Positions 13,767 to 22,707 of a DNA stretch of 64,000 nt are shown piece after piece (the first letter of the stretch is position 1; each line of letters opens with the position of its first letter). The stretch is from positions 4,288,001-4,352,000 of the forward strand of contig OZ255842.1 of NCBI GenBank assembly GCA_965277805.1, read 5' to 3'. The translations under genes and the position numbers were made by a program. The notes under the pieces were generated by a model. That model was not told the DNA's origin. It ran no database searches and saw nothing but the letters and a program-made list of their open reading frames with translations. This stretch comes from Candidatus Lustribacter sp. Its GTDB lineage: Bacteria; Vulcanimicrobiota; Vulcanimicrobiia; Vulcanimicrobiales; Vulcanimicrobiaceae.

Positions 13767-14172
13767 CCGCTTCGGGTTCGCCGCGCTTGCGGCGTCGCTC
13801 TTGGTCATGACCGCCTGTTCGAAACCGCCCGCCGGCGGCGACATCGGGCTCATCGACGTGCAGCGCCTCTCGGCGAACTGGCCGAAGTTCTTGAACTATC
13901 AGAACCAGCTCAATGCCGACGTGAACGCCGTGCGAACCTCGCACCAGTCCGATAGCCAGAAGGCGCGCGAGATGGCCGGGCTGCAGTACCGTTTTCAAAC
14001 CAACCAAACCGAGCTGACCAACAACGTCCACGACGCGGCGCAGCAAGTCGCCAACGACAAACATCTGCGTTTCGTATTCACCCGGCAGAACGTGGGTTAC
14101 GGCGGCGTCGACATCACGCCCGACGTCGAGAAGATTCTCCAAATCGTCGAAAAGCCGACGCCTTCCCCGTGA
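13759..14172 (+). CDS. Small OmpH-like lipoprotein
   Basis: Lipobox-like VMTAC; DIGLIDV and VGYGGVDIT OmpH motifs; 137 aa. Confidence 0.75.
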   Translation: MNNRFGFAALAASLLVMTACSKPPAGGDIGLIDVQRLSANWPKFLNYQNQLNADVNAVRTSHQSDSQKAREMAGLQYRFQTNQTELTNNVHDAAQQVANDKHLRFVFTRQNVGYGGVDITPDVEKILQIVEKPTPSP

Positions 14173-15218
14173 TCGCCGACCTCGGTACGCTCGCGGAGAT
14201 CGCGGCGCGGACCGGCGGCCGGGTGATCGGTGACGCCGGCGTGCGCGTCGGCTTCATCGCCGCGATCGACGACGTCGACGCGACCGCCATGACGTTTGCG
14301 ACCGACGAGCGTTTTTTGCGCGCGGCGCTGGCATCGCGCGCGGCGGCGATTCTGGCCGACGAAAAACTCATCGACCCGCAAGCGAACTACCCCAAACCGA
14401 TCGTGGCGGTGACCTCTCCGCGGCTCGCGCTCGCCACGCTGCTCGCGCTGCTGGAAGCGCCGCGGCCGCGCGGTCCGCACGTCCACCCGAGCGCCGTCAT
14501 CGACCCGAGCGCAACGCTCGGCACGGCCGTGTACGTGGGTCCGCTGGTGACGGTCGGCGCGACCGCATCGATCGGCGCTGAGACGGTGCTCTCGGCCGGC
14601 GTCGTGATCGGCGCGGGTGCGCGCGTCGGGGCGCAGTGCATGCTCCATCCGCGCGCATATGTGGCCGACCGCTGCGTCGTCGGCGACCGGGTGGTGCTGC
14701 AGGCGCAAGCGATCGTCGGCAGCGACGGCTTCGGCTGGGCCTTTCTCGACGGCGCGCTGCAGAAGATTCCGCAGATCGGCATCGTCGAAATCGGCGACGA
14801 TGTGGAGATCGGCGCGAACACGTGCATCGATCGCGCGCAAACCGGCGTGACCTCGATCGGCAACGGCACGAAGATCGACAATCTCTGTCAGATCGGCCAC
14901 AACTGCCGCATCGGCAAACATTCCGCGATCGCGGCGCTGACCGGCCTCGCCGGAACGACGACGATCGGCGATTACGTGCAGGTCGGCGGCCAGAGCGGTT
15001 TTGCCGGACACCTGACGATCGGCGACGGAGCAAAAATCGCCGGCGGCAGCGAGGTCTGGAGCGATGTCGCCGCCGGTGCAAGCGTCAGCGGCTCGCCGGC
15101 GCGCGCGCACCGGGAGAACTTGCGGGTACAGGCGTCCGTACGGCGCCTTCCGAAACTCTACGAACGCGTCGAAGCGCTCGAAAAATCGCGCGCAATCGAA
15201 CATCCCGGCGAGCCGTGA
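14169..15218 (+). CDS. lpxD: UDP-3-O-acylglucosamine N-acyltransferase
   Basis: Hexapeptide repeats, [32 protein letters not shown]. Confidence 0.96.
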   Translation: MIADLGTLAEIAARTGGRVIGDAGVRVGFIAAIDDVDATAMTFATDERFLRAALASRAAAILADEKLIDPQANYPKPIVAVTSPRLALATLLALLEAPRPRGPHVHPSAVIDPSATLGTAVYVGPLVTVGATASIGAETVLSAGVVIGAGARVGAQCMLHPRAYVADRCVVGDRVVLQAQAIVGSDGFGWAFLDGALQKIPQIGIVEIGDDVEIGANTCIDRAQTGVTSIGNGTKIDNLCQIGHNCRIGKHSAIAALTGLAGTTTIGDYVQVGGQSGFAGHLTIGDGAKIAGGSEVWSDVAAGASVSGSPARAHRENLRVQASVRRLPKLYERVEALEKSRAIEHPGEP

Positions 15219-15221
15219 ACT

Positions 15222-16058
15222 CTGCAGAATCAAGCAACGCTCCGCAACGCGATCGAATTTTCAGGCACCGGTTTGCACACCGGGCGGCCGGCGCACGTGC
15301 GCGTTCTTCCCGCGCCCGCCGCTAGCGGGCTGCGCTTTCGGCTCGACGATGCGGTCGAGTTTCCGGCGCATCCGGATTACGTCGTCGACACGCGCCGCGC
15401 CACCGTCCTCGGTCTGGGCGAACATCGCGTTTCGACGGTCGAGCATTTGCTCTCGGCGCTCTGCGGCAGCGGCGTGACGAACGCGCTGATCGCCGTCGAC
15501 GGCCCGGAGATTCCGGCATCGGACGGCAGCGCGCTCGAGTTCATCGACGCGATCGACGCCGCCGGCATCGACGAACAGCCGTTGCCGCGCGCGTGCAACG
15601 TCGTGCGCGAGCCGCACGTGTTTCGCGACGGCGACAAGCTGCTCGCGATCGTGCCGGCGCCCGCGTTCCGGGTGCGCATGACGATCGACTTTCCGGCACC
15701 GGTCGGCTCGCAATACGTCGACTACGACAGCGCGGCGGTGACGTATCGTACCGCGGTCGCACCCAATCGCACGTTCGGTTTTCGCCACGAGGTCGAAGCG
15801 CTGCTCGCGCGCGGGCTCGCCATGGGCGGCTCGCTCGACAACGCGGTCGTGTTCGACGTCGAGGGCCCGATGGTGCCTCTGCGCGCCGCCGACGAGCCGG
15901 CGCGGCACAAGGTGCTGGATCTGATCGGCGACTTCGCGCTCCTCGGCGCCTACCCGCAGTGCGAGATCATCGCGATCAAGAGCGGTCACGCGCTTCACTT
16001 TACCGCGGTGCGGGCGCTGGTCGACCGCGCTGCCGTCGGCGCGGCGAGCGCGGGCTAA
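15222..16058 (+). CDS. lpxC: UDP-3-O-acyl-GlcNAc deacetylase (start codon anomalous)
   Basis: QATLRNAIEFSGTGLHTG N-terminal motif lies upstream of the track's TTG 15273; TVEHLLSAL, HKVLDLIGD, KSGH; CTG 15222 is the best in-frame start candidate. Confidence 0.93.
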   Translation: MQNQATLRNAIEFSGTGLHTGRPAHVRVLPAPAASGLRFRLDDAVEFPAHPDYVVDTRRATVLGLGEHRVSTVEHLLSALCGSGVTNALIAVDGPEIPASDGSALEFIDAIDAAGIDEQPLPRACNVVREPHVFRDGDKLLAIVPAPAFRVRMTIDFPAPVGSQYVDYDSAAVTYRTAVAPNRTFGFRHEVEALLARGLAMGGSLDNAVVFDVEGPMVPLRAADEPARHKVLDLIGDFALLGAYPQCEIIAIKSGHALHFTAVRALVDRAAVGAASAG

Positions 16059-16061
16059 GCG

Positions 16062-16535
16062 ATGGCGATCATCGACGTGCGCGAGATCATGACGATCTTG
16101 CCGCACCGCTACCCGATGCTCTTGATCGACCGCATCCTTGAACTCGAGCCGATGACCTACGCGCGCGGCTACAAGAACATCACCTTCAACGAACCGATGT
16201 TCGCCGGCCACTTTCCGGGCAATCCCGTGTTGCCCGGCGTGTACATGATCGAAGCACTGGCGCAGCTCGGCGGCTGCACGGTGCTCGAGCCCGGCGACAT
16301 GGCGCGCAAACTCGTGTATCTGGTCGGCATCGACAAGGTGAAGTTCCGGCGCCCGGTCGTGCCGGGCGACCGGCTCGATATGGAAGCGCGCGTGTTGCGC
16401 ACGCGGCGCAACGTCGGCTGGGTGAGCGTCGAAGCGACGGTCGAGGGGAAGACCGCCTGCAGCGGCGAGCTGATGTTCTCGATCGGCGGCGACGCGGCCA
16501 GCACCGCCTACGGCGCGGCGATCCTGAACCAGTGA
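16062..16535 (+). CDS. fabZ: 3-hydroxyacyl-ACP dehydratase
   Basis: LPHRYPMLLIDR, FAGHFPGNPVLPGVYMIEALAQ. Confidence 0.97.
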   Translation: MAIIDVREIMTILPHRYPMLLIDRILELEPMTYARGYKNITFNEPMFAGHFPGNPVLPGVYMIEALAQLGGCTVLEPGDMARKLVYLVGIDKVKFRRPVVPGDRLDMEARVLRTRRNVGWVSVEATVEGKTACSGELMFSIGGDAASTAYGAAILNQ

Positions 16536-17299
16536 TCCATCCGAGTGCCATCGTGCACCCCTCGGCGAATCTCGCGAAGGGCGTGGAAGTCGGTCCGTAT
16601 TGCATCGTCGGCGAACACGTCACGATCGGCGCGCGCTCGACCTTGCTCGCGCACGTGATCGTCAACGGCCACACGACGATCGGCGAAGACGTGATCGTGC
16701 ATCCGTTCGCTTCAATCGGCGCGACCTCGCAGGATCGCAAGGCGGCCGGCGAGATCTCGTATACGAAGATCGGCAACCGCACGATCATCCGCGAATACGC
16801 ATCGATCCACCGCGCGACCGGCCCCGGAAAGTCGACCGTGATCGGCGACGATTGCCTGTTGCTCGCCTACACCCACGTCGCGCACAATTGCACCATCGGC
16901 AACGACGTGACGATGTCGAATCTGGCGCAAGTCGCGGGCCAAGTCGTCGTTGAGGACCACGCCGGCCTTGGCGGGATGGTCGGGGTGCATCAGGACGTGC
17001 GTATCGGCGCGTACGCGTTCGTCGGCGGCATGGCGCGCATCGTGCGCGACGTCCCGCCGTACTTTCTGGCCGAGGGCAACCCGGCCGAAGTGCACGGGCT
17101 CAACAGCGTCGGGTTGCGCCGGCGCAACTTCACCTCCGATACGATCGCCGAGTTGAAGAACGCCTACAAGCTGATCTACCGCTCCGGCAACAACATGCGT
17201 CAGGCGATCGAACTGCTGCGCTCCGAGGTCAGCAGCGACGCCGGCCGCCACCTCCTCGCGTTTCTCGAGGCTCCGTCGGAACGCGGCATTTTGAAATGA
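16532..17299 (+). CDS. lpxA: Acyl-ACP--UDP-GlcNAc O-acyltransferase
   Basis: IHPSAIV, hexapeptide repeats, QDRK, IRE, HVAHNC, GLNSVGLRR. Confidence 0.97.
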   Translation: MIHPSAIVHPSANLAKGVEVGPYCIVGEHVTIGARSTLLAHVIVNGHTTIGEDVIVHPFASIGATSQDRKAAGEISYTKIGNRTIIREYASIHRATGPGKSTVIGDDCLLLAYTHVAHNCTIGNDVTMSNLAQVAGQVVVEDHAGLGGMVGVHQDVRIGAYAFVGGMARIVRDVPPYFLAEGNPAEVHGLNSVGLRRRNFTSDTIAELKNAYKLIYRSGNNMRQAIELLRSEVSSDAGRHLLAFLEAPSERGILK

Positions 17300-18417
17300 C
17301 GGCCGCGCCGGTGCGCGTGTTCGTCAGCACGGGTGAAGCGTCGGGCGAACTGCTGGCCGCCGATCTCATCGGCGCCATGCGCGCGTGCGGCGCGAACGTC
17401 GATGCCGACGGCATCGGCGGCGAACGCCTCGAGGCCGCCGGCGTGCGCCTCACCCAGCGCAGCGCCGGCTGGGCATCGATGGGACCGCTGGATGCGATCG
17501 GCAAGATTCCCAAACTCTTGGCCGTTGCGTTGCGCACGGCGGCGGCGTTGCGCGCGCATCCGCGCGACCTCATCGTGCTGGTCGATTTCGGCGCCTTCAA
17601 CCTGCGTCTCGCGCGCATGATCCGCACGCTCGGCACGACGACGCCGATCATGTATTATTTTCCGCCCGGCGCGTGGCTCGACAATCCGGGCCGCGCTCGA
17701 ACAGTGGCGGAACTGTGCGATCCGGTGACCGCGTTCGTCCACCAGCGCGACTTCTATCAGTCGCTCGGATTGCCGATCAGCTATCACGGTCATCCGCTCG
17801 TCTCGACGATGCTGCCGCGCCCGTTGCGGGCGGCGCCGCCCCCCGGCGGCGGGGTTGTCGCGCTCTTGCCCGGCAGCCGTCCGGGCGAAATCGCGCGCCA
17901 CACGCCGCGTTTGCTCAACGCGCTCGCGCTGTTGCGCGAACGCCGCCCGGAGATCACGGCGGTGCTCGCCGCGGCCGACTCGGCGGCCTACGCCGCGTTC
18001 GAAGAACTGTTGCGTTTGCGCTCGCCGCTGCCGGTGGAACTCGTACGCTCGGCGCGCGAAGCGCTGGTGCGCTGCGATGCGGCCGCGGTTGCGTCGGGAA
18101 CCGCCGTGCTCGAAGCGGCGCTGCTCGAAGTTCCGTCGATCGCGCTCTACGTACTCTCGGAAGCGACCGCGAAAGTCGCGCGCCGCGTGTATCACCGGCC
18201 CTATGTCACGTTGCCGAACCTCGTGCTGGACGAAGCGGTCGTGCCGGAACTCTTGCAAGACGATGCCACGCCGCAGGCGCTGGCCGATGCACTCGGGCGC
18301 GCGCTCGACGCGCCGGATGCGCAGCTCGCGGGCTTCCGCCGTCTGCGCGAAGCGCTCGGTCCGCCGGATGCGCTCGAACGCTGCGCGCGCTTTGCGTTGC
18401 GGTTGGCCGGACGATGA
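17296..18417 (+). CDS. lpxB: Lipid-A-disaccharide synthase
   Basis: GEASGE, VDFGAFN, GHPL, LLPGSR, SGTAVLE, LPNL, PELLQ. Confidence 0.93.
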   Translation: MTAAPVRVFVSTGEASGELLAADLIGAMRACGANVDADGIGGERLEAAGVRLTQRSAGWASMGPLDAIGKIPKLLAVALRTAAALRAHPRDLIVLVDFGAFNLRLARMIRTLGTTTPIMYYFPPGAWLDNPGRARTVAELCDPVTAFVHQRDFYQSLGLPISYHGHPLVSTMLPRPLRAAPPPGGGVVALLPGSRPGEIARHTPRLLNALALLRERRPEITAVLAAADSAAYAAFEELLRLRSPLPVELVRSAREALVRCDAAAVASGTAVLEAALLEVPSIALYVLSEATAKVARRVYHRPYVTLPNLVLDEAVVPELLQDDATPQALADALGRALDAPDAQLAGFRRLREALGPPDALERCARFALRLAGR

Positions 18418-19130
18418 TCCGCATCTATCACACGAGCGACCTGCACGACCACCGGCACTTCGCCGCCCCGCTGCGACGTTTGCGCGCCGAGCGGCCCGGC
18501 TTGCTGGTCGATTGCGGCGACTCGCTGCGCGGTTCGCAAACGGTGTACCGCGGGCGCGAACCGATCGTCGACGAACTCGATGCGGCCGGGTACGACGTCA
18601 CGGCCATGGGCAATCGCGAATTCCATTACCTGTTCGGTTTGGTCGGCCGCCGGCTGCGCAAGATGCATCATCCGGTGGTGTGCGCGAACTTGGTCGACGT
18701 GCGCGGCCGTGCGCTGCCCTTTGCTTCGGACGCGCTGGTGCGCGCGAACGACGGTGAGGCGGTGCGCTTCTTCGGTTTGCTCGTGCCGCAGTATCCCGCC
18801 GGTTCGCGCTGGGAGCGCATCTTCGGCTGGCGTTTTCTCGACCCGGTGACGGTCGCAACGGAGATCGTGCGCACGACGCCGCGCGGCGTGACGCTCGTGG
18901 CGCTCTCGCACCTGGGCTTGCGCGCCGATCGCGAACTCGCGCAGGCCGCGGGCGGCATCGACGTGATCCTCGGCGGTCATTCGCACGACACGCTGCCCGA
19001 ACCCGAAGTGGTCAACGGCGTGCCGATCGTGCACGCGGGACCGTACGGCGCGTTTGCATCGTGCACCGAACTCGTGCGCGACGGCGATCGCGCGCGCATC
19101 GCGAATTTCGCGCTGCTTCCGCTGACGTGA
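18414..19130 (+). CDS. Calcineurin-like metallophosphoesterase (5'-nucleotidase N-domain type); candidate UDP-2,3-diacylglucosamine hydrolase
   Basis: ATG overlaps lpxB stop; 238 aa; SDLH, DCGD, GNREF, SHLG, GGHSH; no signal peptide. Confidence 0.88.
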   Translation: MIRIYHTSDLHDHRHFAAPLRRLRAERPGLLVDCGDSLRGSQTVYRGREPIVDELDAAGYDVTAMGNREFHYLFGLVGRRLRKMHHPVVCANLVDVRGRALPFASDALVRANDGEAVRFFGLLVPQYPAGSRWERIFGWRFLDPVTVATEIVRTTPRGVTLVALSHLGLRADRELAQAAGGIDVILGGHSHDTLPEPEVVNGVPIVHAGPYGAFASCTELVRDGDRARIANFALLPLT

Positions 19131-20218
19131 GCGCCGCGATTCTCTTCGTGACCAACGGTCACGGCGAAGCATCGATTGCAGCGAAGATCGCGCGCGAGGT
19201 GCGCGCGCGCGCGCCGCTCGCGACCGAGCACCTGGCGCTGGTCGGCGAACGCTTCGGCGACGCGGATTTCCCCGACGTCGGACCGCAGCGCGCGATGCCC
19301 AGCGGCGGGCTCGTTGCGATGGGCAACGTTCGCGCCTTCGCCCGCGATCTCGGCGCGGGCTGGCTCGGCCTGTTCGCGGCGCAGTTGCGTTTTCTGGCCG
19401 GGGTGCGCGATCGCTACGCTGCCGTCGTCGCGGTCGGCGATGCGTATGCCGCCGCGCTCGTGCGCATCGCACGCCGGCCGTGGATCTTCGTCGGCACCGC
19501 CAAGAGCGCGTACGTGGCGCCGTATTCCGGCATCGAGCGGGAGATCATCGCGCCGGCCGCGCGGCTGTTCGTACGCGACGCAGCGACGGCGGACGTCTTG
19601 CGCCGGCACGGTCTGCGCGCCGAGGCGCCGGGCAACGTCATCGTCGATCTGCTGGCGGAAGATCGCCGTTACGCGTGGCCGGCTCCGGTGCGCATCGCGG
19701 TTCTGCCCGGCAGCCGCGAGCGCGCGTACGGCGACGCCGAACGGATCGCAACGATCGTCGACCGCGTGGCCGAACGCGTGCCCGGCGTGGCCGCCGTGCT
19801 TTCACTTGCGCCGACGCTCGAACGCGCGCGCTTCGCGCCGCTGCTCGAACGCCATCCCGCACTCGCCGTCTGGAGCGACGGCATCGGCGGCATCCTCGCC
19901 GGCGCGACGCTCGCGATCGGCCAAGCCGGTACCGCGAACGAAGCAGCAGCCGCCAGCGGCGTCCCGGTCGTCGCGCTCGATCTCAGCGACGATCGGCGCA
20001 GCGACTGGTACCGCATGCGTCAAGAACGTTTGCTCGCCGCGGGGATGCTGATCGTCCCCGGCGATCCGGCCGCGGCCGCCGACGTAATCGTCGCGCTGCT
20101 CGGCGATCCCGCGCGTTTGGCGCGGATGGGAGCGGCCGGCCGCGAACGCATGGGATCCGCGGGCGGCGCGGCCGCGATCGCGCAGGCGATCGTGCAACTC
20201 GCCGGAGCGCCGGCGTGA
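19127..20218 (+). CDS. Lipid-A-disaccharide-synthase-related GT-B protein (TIGR03492-like)
   Basis: GTG overlaps previous stop; TNGHGE, MPSGG, VGDAY, GTAKS, LPGSR, AGTANE, RMG motifs. Confidence 0.8.
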   Translation: MSAAILFVTNGHGEASIAAKIAREVRARAPLATEHLALVGERFGDADFPDVGPQRAMPSGGLVAMGNVRAFARDLGAGWLGLFAAQLRFLAGVRDRYAAVVAVGDAYAAALVRIARRPWIFVGTAKSAYVAPYSGIEREIIAPAARLFVRDAATADVLRRHGLRAEAPGNVIVDLLAEDRRYAWPAPVRIAVLPGSRERAYGDAERIATIVDRVAERVPGVAAVLSLAPTLERARFAPLLERHPALAVWSDGIGGILAGATLAIGQAGTANEAAAASGVPVVALDLSDDRRSDWYRMRQERLLAAGMLIVPGDPAAAADVIVALLGDPARLARMGAAGRERMGSAGGAAAIAQAIVQLAGAPA

Positions 20219-21432
20219 GCGCGGCCGATCGCACCGTCGTCGCGGCGATCGCGTTCATGTACGTCGCGATCCCGCTCTACGGCACGTTCGAAGTGCTCGA
20301 TCCGGTGCGGCTGCCGATCCCGGCGCTGGTCGGCGCGCACGGCGCGATCGCGATCGCGCTGGCCATGCTGGCTGCCGCGACGATCTGCGCGTGGGGTGCG
20401 TTCCGCCGTCCGGCGCCGCGGCGCATCGTGCTCGCGCAACTGCTGGCCGGCGTCGCGATCGTCCCCGGTGCGCTGCTGGGCTTCGATCCGCAGACCGGGC
20501 TCGAACTCGCGCTGATCGTGCTGGCGATGGGCGTCGTCGGCGTGGCGCTCTACGGCTATGCGCAACTGCCGGGCGTGACGCGCACGATCGTGATCGCCTG
20601 GCTCGCATCGGCGGCGCTCGCGACGGTGACCGCGCTCGCGATGGTCGCGCTGCGCAAGCCCGCGGCGCTCTATGCATACAACAACGGGCGCGCGGTGGGC
20701 ACGTTCCTCAACCCGAACGAACTCGCGGCGTATCTGCTGGTGGTCCTCGGCCTCGCCGCCGGCGTCGCGTGTTACGCGCGCAGCGCGCCCTTGCGGCTGC
20801 TCGCCGGCGTAACGCTGGTTGCGGGCCTCGCCGGTCTCGCGGCGACGTATTCGCGTTGGGGTTTGCTCTCCGCTGCGGCCGGAATGCTGTTTTTCGCCAT
20901 CCTGGCGCGCAACCGGCGGATCTGGGCCGGTCTCGCGGTGGTGGTGCTGGCGGCTTTCGTGCTCGTGCTGGGCCCGGGGGCGGCGCATCACAATCCGCGC
21001 GACGACACCTCGCGCATCATCGCCTTTCAGACCGGCGTGCGGACGTGGCTTGCGTTCCCGCTTACCGGCGTTGGTCCGTTCGCTTACCGCCGCACCTACG
21101 AGGTGCTGCGGCCGCCGGAAGCGCCGGGTGGCGAAGCGCCGGTGGCCTTCGATCCGCACAGCCTGCCGCTGGCGTATCTCGACGAGTCGGGCCTGATCGG
21201 GTTCGGGGCGCTCTTGTGGTGCTGGTCGGTGTACATCCGCGAGATACCGCGGGTGCTGCGCGCGGCCGATCCGCGACGGCGCGCGCTCGTGTACGCGGTG
21301 GCGGCCGGACTCGTCGCGCTCAACGTGCACGTCCTCGTGAACACGATCAGCATCTACTTCGCACTGGCCACGCAAGGCGCGGCGCTGGCGCTGGCACTGG
21401 CGCAACGGGATCTGGATGCGCCCGCGGCTTGA
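20215..21432 (+). CDS. O-antigen ligase (WaaL/Wzy_C) family membrane protein
   Basis: GTG 20215; many TM segments; RAVGTFLNPNELA, TYSR, PLTGVG, PHS...ESGLIG. Confidence 0.88.
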   Translation: MSAADRTVVAAIAFMYVAIPLYGTFEVLDPVRLPIPALVGAHGAIAIALAMLAAATICAWGAFRRPAPRRIVLAQLLAGVAIVPGALLGFDPQTGLELALIVLAMGVVGVALYGYAQLPGVTRTIVIAWLASAALATVTALAMVALRKPAALYAYNNGRAVGTFLNPNELAAYLLVVLGLAAGVACYARSAPLRLLAGVTLVAGLAGLAATYSRWGLLSAAAGMLFFAILARNRRIWAGLAVVVLAAFVLVLGPGAAHHNPRDDTSRIIAFQTGVRTWLAFPLTGVGPFAYRRTYEVLRPPEAPGGEAPVAFDPHSLPLAYLDESGLIGFGALLWCWSVYIREIPRVLRAADPRRRALVYAVAAGLVALNVHVLVNTISIYFALATQGAALALALAQRDLDAPAA

Positions 21433-21970
21433 ACTGCTGGTTGCCGCCGCGCTGACCGCGTGCGCGCACCCCGCAGCCGGTCCGGCCCGCGCGCCGAGCG
21501 CCGCACCGGCCGCGACCGCGACGCCGTTGCCGCTGCACATTACGAGCTCCGGCGGAACCGGCCAATACACGACCCTGAGCGAGATGAAGCACCAGCGAAC
21601 GATCTACATCATCCGCGCAACGTCGTTCGCCGCCGACACCGCGACCGGGCGCACGCCGACCGGCAGCGGCACCTTCGTCCAGCCGCACATCACCTTCATC
21701 GACCGCGACGGCGCGCGCACGGTCGCCGATGCGCCGGAGGCCGTCTTGACGAGTGCCGATAAGAGCGTTCTCATGACGGGCGGAGTACACGCGCGATCGC
21801 AAGACGGCAACGTGTTGTCCTGCGATCGTCTGCGCTATGATGGGACTTCGGAGCGCATCCATGGCGACGGCAACGTGGTGATGACCACGCCCTCCGGCCT
21901 CGTGCTGGCCGGCGACGAGTTCGACGGCGACGCCCGCTTGCAGAACGTCCGGGTGTACCGCCGCAAATGA
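21416..21970 (+). CDS. lptC: LptC/LptA-like beta-jellyroll LPS export lipoprotein
   Basis: Lipobox LTAC; MTGGV, LSCDRLRYD, GDGNV strands; directly upstream of lptB. Confidence 0.75.
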   Translation: MRPRLELLVAAALTACAHPAAGPARAPSAAPAATATPLPLHITSSGGTGQYTTLSEMKHQRTIYIIRATSFAADTATGRTPTGSGTFVQPHITFIDRDGARTVADAPEAVLTSADKSVLMTGGVHARSQDGNVLSCDRLRYDGTSERIHGDGNVVMTTPSGLVLAGDEFDGDARLQNVRVYRRK

Positions 21971-22707
21971 TGCAAGACCGCATCGTAATGACCGACCTCG
22001 TGAAACGCTACGGCACGCGCACGGTGGTCAAGAGCGTCAGCGCCGACGTGCAGCGCGGCGAAGTCGTCGGCCTGCTCGGCCCCAACGGTGCCGGCAAGAC
22101 GACCACGTTCTACATGGTCGTCGGCTTAGTGCGCCCCGACAGCGGCAGCGTGACGCTCGAACGCGCGGGCGCCGGCCGCGACATCACGCTGGCACCGATG
22201 CACGAACGCGCGCGCGCCGGCATCGGCTACCTGGCGCAGGAAAACTCGATCTTCCGCAAGCTTTCGGTGGGCGATAACCTGCGCCTTATCTGGGAGATGA
22301 ACGGCGTCGACGAAGAAGAGCGCGAGCGTCGCCTGCCGGCGCTGCTCGGCGAGTTCGGTCTCGCCGACTTGGTCGACGCGCGCGGCGATTCGCTCTCGGG
22401 CGGCGAGCGGCGGCGCGTCGAGATCGCGCGTGCCATTGCGACCGAACCCGCGTTTCTGCTCTTGGACGAACCGTTCACCGGCATCGATCCGATCGCCGTG
22501 GCCGATATCCAAGCGATGATCCGGCAGTTGCGCGATCGCGGACTCGGCGTGCTGATCACCGATCACCAAGTGCGCGAAACGCTGGCGATCGTCGATCGCG
22601 CCTACATCCTCAACGAAGGCAAGATCGAAGTCTCCGGCACCGCCGACGATGTGCTGGCCTCGCCCGTCGCGCGGAAGTTCTACTTAGGCGAAGGCTTCCG
22701 GCTGTGA
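21967..22707 (+). CDS. lptB: LPS export ABC transporter ATP-binding protein
   Basis: GPNGAGKTTTFYM, SIFRKL, LSGGERRR, LLDEPFTGIDP, YLGEGFRL. Confidence 0.96.
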   Translation: MMQDRIVMTDLVKRYGTRTVVKSVSADVQRGEVVGLLGPNGAGKTTTFYMVVGLVRPDSGSVTLERAGAGRDITLAPMHERARAGIGYLAQENSIFRKLSVGDNLRLIWEMNGVDEEERERRLPALLGEFGLADLVDARGDSLSGGERRRVEIARAIATEPAFLLLDEPFTGIDPIAVADIQAMIRQLRDRGLGVLITDHQVRETLAIVDRAYILNEGKIEVSGTADDVLASPVARKFYLGEGFRL

